From: an uncultured bacterium
GTDB taxonomy: Bacteria; Omnitrophota; Omnitrophia; Omnitrophales; Aquincolibacteriaceae
Direction: 5' to 3'
Length of the DNA stretch: 64,000 nt
Assembly (NCBI GenBank): GCA_964562525.1
Contig: CAZLTL010000001.1
Coordinates: forward strand, 32,950 to 96,949
A program made the position numbers and the translations under genes. Positions 1 to 8,253 of this stretch are shown piece by piece. Positions within the stretch are counted from its first letter, which is position 1; the number at the start of each line of letters is the position of its first letter. A model generated the notes under the pieces. It worked only from the letters and a program-made list of their open reading frames with translations, was not told the DNA's origin and made no database searches.

Positions 1-3000
1 TTTTGCGGCAATTGCCTGAGGCAAAAGGGATAGAGGCTTCGCAAGAATTACATTTTCCTCCCCGTGCACGGAAATTGCCGCCGACCGCTCCGCTGCGCTG
101 CCGACCGGAACTATAAAGACAGGCACACGATTTTGTTTTGCATCCTCGATGAAACCCATGACTTCCGACTTTTGATCGTCAGACACCTGTTCATCTGTCA
201 CCGCGAACAACATACGGATAGCTTTTGGAGAAGTGTAATTCGGCTCATCATCTTTTTTTGTTTTTTCGATAAAAGCCCCAAGCGCATCGGAGAAACTGGT
301 GCCGCCACCGGCCTCAAGTTTTTTGATCAAATCATAAACAATTTTCTTGGAAGATCTTTTTAAAGGATCCGTGTTTTGGGTTGTTTCATGCGAAACCAAA
401 AGTGTCGGGTCATTTTCAAATAAGCCCAACTCAAAACGTAAAGGCTGGTCGCGATACCCCCTCGTTTCTCGCTCTTCGTTATGCTCAAAAAGCGCTTCAA
501 GTAAAACAAACCCGATAAGCTTCGCTAATTTGATCGGCTCACTACCTGGTGTTCCCCATCCCATACTTCCACTGCGATCAAAAATAATACTGATCGACAT
601 GAGCACCGGCAACTTCTTGACCTCATCCACCATCGCAGGCTGCCCCATTGCCGCTTCCACCAAATGATCGTCTCCCAGCGCTTCACCTTCCGTGAAAGGT
701 CCTACCTCGTTTGTCTTACGGACAGGCAATAAAAGCGCATCCAAAAATTCTTTTGTTTCGTCGATCAAACGCTTCACTTCCACTTTTCTTCCGCGTGCAA
801 CCGTCACCTTTTCTTTTTTCCAACTTAAATACTCCTGCCACTCTTTTACTGTAAATCCCCATTTTTTCGCGTCCGCTTCTTCGTCCATGTCAATTGTCAC
901 GCCGGAAGGTTTAAACGGCTGCAGCTTTGATTTCGTCGGCTTACTCGCGGCATCCTCCACGGATCCAATCCCCGTTAAACCGGTTAAGCCGGAAGCCTGT
1001 AAAGGCAAATCAAACCGCGCGCCGTTTCCACCTTCGGAGCTTTCTGCTGGAGATGAAGGCTCGGAACTTTGTCCCGCCGGCTGTCCTGCGCTGCTTGCAC
1101 CCTTTGGTTCTTGTCCGGGCTGATCGGATGATTTCCCTTGTCCTGGTTGTAGTGCGCCTTCGCCCTGCTTCCCTTCAAGGTTTTTCATGGCTTGCTGTAA
1201 GCCTTGCACCGAAGATTGCAAACCTTCCAAAGTCGAGTCCATGTTCTGCGCCGAACCCTGCATTTTTGCGGCTTGATTTTTGAATTCTTGAATGTTCTTT
1301 TGAACCGCTGCCGCTTGCGCCGAAAGAGTCGACACGTCGGGAGAACCTTCAGCCTCAAGATCTTTTGTGATTTGAGCGATTTGCTGTTTAATTTTTGCGG
1401 CCATCTCTTTTAGTTTTGCAGCTTGGTTTTTGAGCTGCTGAGCGTCTTGAGTTGCTTGCTCAGATTGATTTTGGGCTTGAAGCGCGTCCGGAGACCATGG
1501 CTGTTGCGCCGCCGCCTGCTTCGCCTGTTCTTTTGCCGACTGAGCGCCCTGCAAAACACTCCCGGCATCTTGCTGTAAACTTTGTGTGCCTTGGTCCAAG
1601 CTTGAAGCACCCGATTGAAGCGCTTCCGATAAACCGGATTGAGGCTGCTGAGCAGCGGAATCGCCAGCTTGCGAACCCAAACCCGAAGCTTGATTTTGCA
1701 TCTCACTCAAATTTTGACCCATTTGCCCAAGTTGACTTTGAAGCCCTTGAACTTGACTCGACAAACTATTTAATTGTTGCTCCAACCCGGTTAACATTTG
1801 CTGCATTCCTTTTGAGTCAGCGCCGGCTTGCTGCGTCGCGGCATCGCCTCCCATAGATAAAGGATTCTCAGATTGCTGCGGTGAAGGTGCTGATGGATTT
1901 TGGAATGGCTTGAACGGATTTTTATCGCCGGCCTGAGGTTGCTCGGGGTCAGTCTGCCCGGGTTGTCCGGAACCTGAACCGCTTTCCGTACTCGGCTGAG
2001 AGCTCCCTTGTAAAGCTTGCATCATGCCCTCAACGCCGCCTTGACCTCCGGGTTGACCCGCTTCTCCACCTGATTGCCCGGGTTGTCCTGATTGTCCCGG
2101 AGCATTCCCTTGTCCCGCAGAATCCTGCGCGGTTTGCCCTGATTGCATTTGCCCCTGAAATTGATTTTGCGATTGTTGAAGAGAGTTTTCAGCCATCTGT
2201 TGATGCTGTTTATTCATTTCATCTTTCGCGTCTTCTTTAACTTTGTTGGACGCTTCCAATTTCTGCATTTCTTGTTCAAGAGCAAGGTTATAAAGCCGCT
2301 CATAAGCCGGCCAGACTCTCGCGCCAAAAATATTTGTAAATTTTTCTAAGTCCAACTTTCCGCTATCCAGCAATATTTTGCCGGCGCCCCAGCCGCTTTC
2401 TGTTGCGGTTTGAAAATCCCCGAAAGATTTTTGAATTTCTTCAAGCACCGCCCTGTTTTCAAGGCGCGGGTCCTCCGCCACAAAGACCTCTTGTCCGTTC
2501 CGGCTTTCTTTTTTCACATTCACAAACATATATGTCAGCGAATCCAGATACTGGAGATGTAAGGGCATGGATGCCAACTTCGCTTTTGAAAATGAAATCG
2601 GAATTTGCGGTGAGTAGCGATCTTGAAAAACACGATGAATCCAAAGCACGGCACCCTTTTTAAAGGTATCGCTTAAACCTTGCTTAAACCCAAGCTGGGT
2701 TAGCGTCATCTGAATCACATGAGGCAAACTAAAAATATCCCACGCAATTCCGAAAGCCGGATGGTTTAGGATTTTGTCCGCAATGATTCTCTCGGAAGGC
2801 GCGCGCGCGTGATTGGTTCTTCCCAATGCTAAAAGCGCATGACCCAATACTCTTTCGCGCATCGCCGCGACACGATCCTTAAGCTCACCGTCTTCAAAAC
2901 GCGGTCGAAAGTCAGACGGTAAATATTGCAGCTCGCCTGTGCCGCCATCTATACCATTTTGGAAGTGCCAAAAACCACCCGACACAGGGCGCATTTCGAC

Positions 3001-5919
3001 ATGTTCCCCCGCAAGCGAGCTGACATAGCTCTGCAGCTCAGCGAACACTTTTTCCATATGCGGCTTTTCTTCAGGAAGCGGAGCTCCTTGTCGGGAGTCT
3101 AAAGCATCAAAAACAGATTTTAGATAGGCAAGCGTTCCAAATTGCGAATCCGTAATTTGTTTTTCGTAAAGAAATCCGCCCAGCACAATCGCGACCGCTC
3201 GTTGGCCGGCGTAGCGATTTAAAAATGCCGTTGTAGAAAGCCCCGCGGCCTTATAAGCCAAAACAGCTTGGGCATAAAGCCCATCAAAAAAGACTCCGGA
3301 TCCCGCGCCGCCGGCAACGCCTTCCTTTATTTCAAGGCCGGCACCGCCATCGCGGGCAAATTGCCGGCCTTGCTCAAAAAGTGCTTCTAAAGCTTGGTCA
3401 CCAAACTCATCTTTATAATCATCCAACTTTGCCCCTTCAGGCATATGCTCTACGCGTTCAACGACATCAATCGCGTAGGTTAAAAACTCCCATTCCGCAG
3501 GAACCTTCAAAATTCTTCCGCGGCCAGAAATATCATCCGAGAGGTAATGAATAGCTTCATGCTTGATGGTTGAACGTAAAATAAGCTCGCGGTCTTTTTC
3601 AGACTCGGCCCCTTTTACTGTCATTGATTTGGGATTGGGATTCACCTTGATATTCTTAAAAAGAAGGCTGTAGTGCCCCCACGAATTAATGATTTGCGAA
3701 AGGCCTTCAAGCTGATGAAGTGCTTTCTGCTTCCAGCTTTCAATGGGTCCTTCAAAATCATTTGCGGACATTAAATTGCGAATATCGGTGGTTAAAATAT
3801 CTTTGGAAAGCTGGTCCGATAGACGCTCTTGATCCGGTTGGCTGTCAGGGTAAAGCTCTTCTGTAAACTCTTGAATGATGGTTAAACGCAGGGCTTGGTA
3901 ATCTGCATCGCCTTTACCCACACCTAGTGTTTCGATTTCACGCAAAACACTTTGCGCTGATTCATGCCCAACCAGATCAGCCGGCAAGCCATTTGTCGCA
4001 GCATAAGCATCATCGAGCTTCGATTGTCCAATCGTTTTTAATTTGGGTTTATTTAAATCATCCACAATTTGATAAAAATCACCGAGAGCTCCTCGAAACT
4101 CCTCTGCGTCTTCTTGATTGAGAGCATTAAGCATTTCGAGCTTATAAGCATAAAACCGCTCTACGCCTTCTTTAAAATCTTTCGGCACTGCATAAGGAGC
4201 CCTTGCTTCGGAACGTACCAGACCCGACTGAAGCTGATCGCGTGCCGTGCCTGAGCGAGCTGTCCCCCGAACACCCGCCATTGCCGCGCTAATTTCGGAG
4301 CGGCGGTTTTCAGGCGAAGCGAGGCTAGCAACCTCAGGAGCCGTTTGCGAGAGATTGACCATGCGCAAAAATTGCTGCACCTGAGATGATTCAAGCATGG
4401 CGCGACGGTAGGTTTTCTTCGACTCTTTCAAATCAAATCCACCCGCATTCGGCATAATTGACACATATCCGTATCCCGCTGATTTTAATTTCTCTAAAAC
4501 TCCGGCTTGATGAAAACCACCCGCAACCAAAATAGCGTGATTCTGTTTTTTAGCCTGCATTTGCTTTTGCAAGTTTTCAATAAAACCAATTTCCCGTTCT
4601 TCCGCCACTTTGTAAAAATCCAGCGCTTTCAAAAAAGCTTTGTCGAAATTGGCGTCAAAATCAGCACCTTGCAGCTCTTTCCATAGATTGGAAGGTTTAA
4701 TCTCGGAGTTGCGCTGCTTTACTTTTTGCCACTCATCCGATGTCAGCCCCAACAACAAAAGTTTTCTTAGATAAAAAATCTTTCGATAAACACTCAAAAT
4801 AGCTTGCTCTTCCGGCTGAGGTGCCAATTTTGAGACAATTTCCCATGTCAGCTGTTCCATCTCTTTCATCAACGCAGAGGGTTCCACTTCCTGCATCAAA
4901 GCATTCATCCCTGCCCAACGCGTCCACTCAGGGTAATTCTTAAATTCAAAACCCTTGGGCTGCATCTCAAGCACTAACTCTTCCAACACCGCCCGCATCT
5001 GCGACAACTTCGGCGACAATTCACGAATTTGCTTCACTAAACTTTGCGGGGCTTTATTGGACTCAAGCCATTTCACCAAACGCTGCGACTCTATCTCGGC
5101 TAACTCAGGATTAATTTTTCCTTCCATCTCTTTTAGTTTGAAATACCGCACCAGCATCGGATACTCGAATTGGTGCTTGGGGTTAAGCAAATCCATTTGC
5201 AGAGACGCTTGTGCCTGAAGATTGATTTTGTACAAAGTTTCGGGTAAGGCCTGCGCGGCCGTTTCAGCCTGATCCACCGCTTTTAAAAACTGTAAAAGCT
5301 CCGGCTTCAAAACACTTCCCGCTTTTTTCTGAAATAAAACTGATAAGCGATCCATCGCCGCGGCAAGCTCGGTGTCGCGGCTGATCATTTCACGGAAGGT
5401 TGTTAAATTGTCAGCATAGTCCATCGCTGATTCCGCGCCTTGCCCTTCCGCACAATTTTTTTCGCAATTTTGGTCAATCGCCTGATCCAGCAGAAATATT
5501 TCCGCGCCCGTTAACTCGCCTCTTTCGAGCAAGCGCTCACCCACCAATCGGCTGGGCTCAGCCTCTTCGTAGAAGCGGTATAAGTCGGGTTCAAGTTTTT
5601 GAGCTGCGCCTTCAAGCATGAGTAAATTGATTCCATACTCTTGATTTAAAAATGAAATCAAACTGCGAATGTTTTTTTGCACCGGCAAACTTGCGTGGGC
5701 ATCTTGAATTAAAACAACTGACTTGCCATTGATTCCCTCATAACTTGACTGGATGCTGCCGAACTCAGAAGGAATTTGCTGCGGTAAGGTGACGGCATCG
5801 ACCGTGCCTTCCAAGGCTTGCATCACTTGCGACCAAGAAAGGGGTGCATTTTGTGTCATGATAAAAATCACGACCAAAACCAACGCAACTGACTTTTTAA
5901 AACTTGCGATAAACATCAT
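1..5919 (-). CDS. Giant secreted multidomain protein of at least 1973 aa; the C-terminus lies beyond the left edge of the window. It has a signal peptide, a TraB/GumN(Tiki)-like N-terminal region, a HEAIH motif, a Gln/Gly/Ser-rich low-complexity segment with coiled coil, and a VWA domain (MIDAS DRSGSM...GGGT...TDE).
   Basis: I translated the minus strand by hand from the ATG at 5919 (MMFIASFKKSVALVLVVIFIMTQNAPLSWSQ...). The frame stays open to position 1 with no stop. The ORF track omits it because there is no in-window stop codon. The VWA motifs IIFDRSGSMGW, LEAGGGTSF and LFAVTDEQ lie at about 60 to 620. The TraB/GumN-like motifs VVLIQDAHAS and AILVAGGFHQAGVLEKLKSAGYGYV lie at about 4480 to 5740. 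Confidence 0.75.
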   Translation of the reverse strand, partial: MMFIASFKKSVALVLVVIFIMTQNAPLSWSQVMQALEGTVDAVTLPQQIPSEFGSIQSSYEGINGKSVVLIQDAHASLPVQKNIRSLISFLNQEYGINLLMLEGAAQKLEPDLYRFYEEAEPSRLVGERLLERGELTGAEIFLLDQAIDQNCEKNCAEGQGAESAMDYADNLTTFREMISRDTELAAAMDRLSVLFQKKAGSVLKPELLQFLKAVDQAETAAQALPETLYKINLQAQASLQMDLLNPKHQFEYPMLVRYFKLKEMEGKINPELAEIESQRLVKWLESNKAPQSLVKQIRELSPKLSQMRAVLEELVLEMQPKGFEFKNYPEWTRWAGMNALMQEVEPSALMKEMEQLTWEIVSKLAPQPEEQAILSVYRKIFYLRKLLLLGLTSDEWQKVKQRNSEIKPSNLWKELQGADFDANFDKAFLKALDFYKVAEEREIGFIENLQKQMQAKKQNHAILVAGGFHQAGVLEKLKSAGYGYVSIMPNAGGFDLKESKKTYRRAMLESSQVQQFLRMVNLSQTAPEVASLASPENRRSEISAAMAGVRGTARSGTARDQLQSGLVRSEARAPYAVPKDFKEGVERFYAYKLEMLNALNQEDAEEFRGALGDFYQIVDDLNKPKLKTIGQSKLDDAYAATNGLPADLVGHESAQSVLREIETLGVGKGDADYQALRLTIIQEFTEELYPDSQPDQERLSDQLSKDILTTDIRNLMSANDFEGPIESWKQKALHQLEGLSQIINSWGHYSLLFKNIKVNPNPKSMTVKGAESEKDRELILRSTIKHEAIHYLSDDISGRGRILKVPAEWEFLTYAIDVVERVEHMPEGAKLDDYKDEFGDQALEALFEQGRQFARDGGAGLEIKEGVAGGAGSGVFFDGLYAQAVLAYKAAGLSTTAFLNRYAGQRAVAIVLGGFLYEKQITDSQFGTLAYLKSVFDALDSRQGAPLPEEKPHMEKVFAELQSYVSSLAGEHVEMRPVSGGFWHFQNGIDGGTGELQYLPSDFRPRFEDGELKDRVAAMRERVLGHALLALGRTNHARAPSERIIADKILNHPAFGIAWDIFSLPHVIQMTLTQLGFKQGLSDTFKKGAVLWIHRVFQDRYSPQIPISFSKAKLASMPLHLQYLDSLTYMFVNVKKESRNGQEVFVAEDPRLENRAVLEEIQKSFGDFQTATESGWGAGKILLDSGKLDLEKFTNIFGARVWPAYERLYNLALEQEMQKLEASNKVKEDAKDEMNKQHQQMAENSLQQSQNQFQGQMQSGQTAQDSAGQGNAPGQSGQPGQSGGEAGQPGGQGGVEGMMQALQGSSQPSTESGSGSGQPGQTDPEQPQAGDKNPFKPFQNPSAPSPQQSENPLSMGGDAATQQAGADSKGMQQMLTGLEQQLNSLSSQVQGLQSQLGQMGQNLSEMQNQASGLGSQAGDSAAQQPQSGLSEALQSGASSLDQGTQSLQQDAGSVLQGAQSAKEQAKQAAAQQPWSPDALQAQNQSEQATQDAQQLKNQAAKLKEMAAKIKQQIAQITKDLEAEGSPDVSTLSAQAAAVQKNIQEFKNQAAKMQGSAQNMDSTLEGLQSSVQGLQQAMKNLEGKQGEGALQPGQGKSSDQPGQEPKGASSAGQPAGQSSEPSSPAESSEGGNGARFDLPLQASGLTGLTGIGSVEDAASKPTKSKLQPFKPSGVTIDMDEEADAKKWGFTVKEWQEYLSWKKEKVTVARGRKVEVKRLIDETKEFLDALLLPVRKTNEVGPFTEGEALGDDHLVEAAMGQPAMVDEVKKLPVLMSISIIFDRSGSMGWGTPGSEPIKLAKLIGFVLLEALFEHNEERETRGYRDQPLRFELGLFENDPTLLVSHETTQNTDPLKRSSKKIVYDLIKKLEAGGGTSFSDALGAFIEKTKKDDEPNYTSPKAIRMLFAVTDEQVSDDQKSEVMGFIEDAKQNRVPVFIVPVGSAAERSAAISVHGEENVILAKPLSLLPQAIAAK

Positions 5920-6078
5920 GTTTTCTTAAATAGACAGACTCTAAGCTGCATATGTTTAAATTCCTTTAATAAAAGGATGCCCTCTACATCTGCCTATGTC
6001 AAAAAAAACAAGATAACAAATCATAGCAAAAACTATCATTTAAATAATAAATAACGTATTTACTATCAAATAATTAGA

Positions 6079-6102
6079 AAAGGTGAGTTAAAAAACACCT
6101 TC
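6079..6102 (-). terminator. Candidate intrinsic terminator downstream of the yfcH-like gene (stem AAGGTG/CACCTT followed by a T-rich tract on the minus strand).
   Basis: An inverted repeat was seen directly, followed by TTCTAATTATTT on the minus strand. Confidence 0.3.
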
Positions 6103-6132
6103 TTAACTTTGGGAGCTAGGAAGGTTTCTGAG

Positions 6133-7047
6133 CTAGGTTGACAAGGTTGAGAGTAAGGCGGATTCCAAAACAGGATAGCGAAAGTGAAAACCGGCTTTAA
6201 GGATTTTCTTGGGAACGGCACGCTGCCCCCCTAAAAGCATGGATGCCATTTCACCTAAAAGGAGATAGAGCGAAAAAGCAGGCACGGGAGCCCAAGACGG
6301 TCGATCTAAAACTTTGCCGAGCGACGCGCAAAAATCTTTCATCCGAACCGGATTGGGCGCACAAGCATTAAAAGGTCCCGCCACATCCGCTCGCTGAATG
6401 GCAAATAAAATCATTCCGACAAGATCGTGAATGTGAACCCAAGGGAACCATTGCTTGCCGGAACCCAAAGGTCCGCCAATTCCCCACTGAAAAGGCGGAA
6501 TCATTTTTGCCAAAGCGCCCTTTTTTTCTTCCAAAACAATTCCGATGCGCGGCAGAACGACCCGCACACCATGACGCATCGCTTGCAACGCGGCTTCTTC
6601 CCATTCCACGGATAAATCCGCGAGAAAACCATGACCTCGGTGATGCGACTCATCCACTTCACCTTCAGGTACCGATCCGTAAAATCCCACGGCAGACGCA
6701 TTAACAAGCACCTTAGGCTTCAAAGTACACTTTTCAATTGCTTGCACAATGACGCGTGTCGAATCAAGACGGCTCGAGCGCAGTTTTTCCTTTTGCGCAC
6801 GAGTCCATCGTTTATCAGCAATCCCTTCACCGCACAAATTAATGACCGCATCCGCGCCTTCCAAACATGAAGCCCAACTATTTACAGAGCGACCATCCCA
6901 AACAACCGTCTCAACCTGAGAATTGGGCGCCAAATTATTTTTTTTAAATCCGCGCGAAAGTAAAAAAACCTGGTGTCGGCTTTGAACCAAAGCTTGGACT
7001 AAATAAGTCCCCACCAAACCCGTGCCGCCGGCAATAACAACTTTCAT
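6133..7047 (-). CDS. TIGR01777/YfcH-like NAD-dependent epimerase/dehydratase family protein (SDR with a DUF1731-type C-terminus).
   Basis: N-terminus MKVVIAGGTGLVGTYL with a Rossmann GxxGxxG motif. Length 304 aa. Overlaps the upstream SRPBCC gene by 4 nt. Confidence 0.75.
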   Translation of the reverse strand: MKVVIAGGTGLVGTYLVQALVQSRHQVFLLSRGFKKNNLAPNSQVETVVWDGRSVNSWASCLEGADAVINLCGEGIADKRWTRAQKEKLRSSRLDSTRVIVQAIEKCTLKPKVLVNASAVGFYGSVPEGEVDESHHRGHGFLADLSVEWEEAALQAMRHGVRVVLPRIGIVLEEKKGALAKMIPPFQWGIGGPLGSGKQWFPWVHIHDLVGMILFAIQRADVAGPFNACAPNPVRMKDFCASLGKVLDRPSWAPVPAFSLYLLLGEMASMLLGGQRAVPKKILKAGFHFRYPVLESALLSTLST

Positions 7048-7508
7048 GCTGTTCCCTTCTCAAAAAAATCAGCGATCACTGTTTTCCGGTAATTGAAAAT
7101 TTTCTCCACTTCATTTTTTACGAACAACGCTCTCACAATATCTCCTAAGGGTCCCAGCGGAACTTCATATTTCACTTCATCTACCATGAGCGTTCCACCG
7201 TCTTTCGGGATAAAGCGATGCGTGTGAATCCATGTCTTGTAAGGGCCTTTTACCTGAGTATCCGTAAAAAAATGCGGCGGGTCATAATCGGTGATGACAG
7301 TTTGCCATTTCATGGGAATACCATAGAGGCGAATCGTGTAATCAATGACGGTCCCTTTCGCCATGGGAATCGGACTTGGAGTTAAGATTTTAAAACCTAA
7401 ATTAGGGGGCGTGACATGATCCAGGTTTTCAGGCTTTTTAAAAAAATCAAAAACACGATCAACAGAATAAGGTAAAAACTGCTCGCACGCTAACACGTGA
7501 AGGCTCAT
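7044..7508 (-). CDS. SRPBCC (polyketide cyclase/START-like) domain protein.
   Basis: 154 aa with the composition and length typical of Polyketide_cyc2. Translationally coupled to the YfcH-like gene; the two are fused in some genomes. Confidence 0.6.
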   Translation of the reverse strand: MSLHVLACEQFLPYSVDRVFDFFKKPENLDHVTPPNLGFKILTPSPIPMAKGTVIDYTIRLYGIPMKWQTVITDYDPPHFFTDTQVKGPYKTWIHTHRFIPKDGGTLMVDEVKYEVPLGPLGDIVRALFVKNEVEKIFNYRKTVIADFFEKGTA

Positions 7509-8245
7509 GATGCAGTCTTGAGCTTTTCGGCAAGCGTTTGCTGAAGTTGAGCCTGAAAAACTTGCGCTTTTTGCTTAAGCTGCTCAAGGATCACCCCCAC
7601 TTGCGTCTGAACACTTTCAACTACCTGTTCTTTGGAAGGAATGAAAGACTGCCAGCCGGCACTGCGTAAAGCCAAAAGCACAGCATAAACCGCGACATGA
7701 TCCGGAGTTGTGAGCTCCGTTAAATCTGTCTGAGGCGCCTCCACTTTTCGATTTTCGGTCACACGGTCATTACCAAGCTGAGTTTCAAAAACAACACGGT
7801 CCATTTGAAAGCGCACTTTTTCAATTACAAAAGAAACTGAGGGGGCTTTAATGACACCCTCGGAACCGGTCCCCATAACCCGTTTCAAAGGCCTAAGCTC
7901 AAGCACATTTGTTTCCGAAATTGATTTTTTACTCAGATACACTTCATCCACAAAAACTTCGAGACGCTTAATTTTAAAAATCCCTTTGGTTAGGCCGCTC
8001 GCGTCATACTCCGCCGTCACCTTAGAAATTTGAGCAAGCTTATGATCGCCATACCCTTCAAAATTCGAAAGGCGAACATTATGAATCGTCATTTTCTGAG
8101 ACGCGAATCCCCAACGCACCGACCCCACGGATGTCTTCACGCCCAGCCAACGCTCAAACGTGCTCGCGATTAAATAATTACTTCCGAAATAAATTCCCGC
8201 AAAAACCACTACCGCGGCAACAATTAAGCTTCGAATAAATTTCAT
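7505..8245 (-). CDS. Hypothetical membrane-anchored protein (N-terminal TM helix).
   Basis: ORF overlaps its neighbours by 4 nt, indicating operon membership. Hydrophobic N-terminus IVAAVVVFAGIYFG. Confidence 0.55.
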   Translation of the reverse strand: MKFIRSLIVAAVVVFAGIYFGSNYLIASTFERWLGVKTSVGSVRWGFASQKMTIHNVRLSNFEGYGDHKLAQISKVTAEYDASGLTKGIFKIKRLEVFVDEVYLSKKSISETNVLELRPLKRVMGTGSEGVIKAPSVSFVIEKVRFQMDRVVFETQLGNDRVTENRKVEAPQTDLTELTTPDHVAVYAVLLALRSAGWQSFIPSKEQVVESVQTQVGVILEQLKQKAQVFQAQLQQTLAEKLKTAS

Positions 8246-8253
8246 AAACCGTC

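Noticed and set aside
64-5621. Numerous short ORFs listed on both strands between 64 and 5621.
   Set aside because: All lie inside or antisense to the continuous minus-strand giant ORF, which I translated without finding a stop. None of them has domain-like sequence.
5931-5946. Shared 12-mer CAGACTCTAAGC at 5935 and 13729.
   Set aside because: A single exact 12-mer match is expected many times by chance in 64 kb. There is no extended similarity around it.
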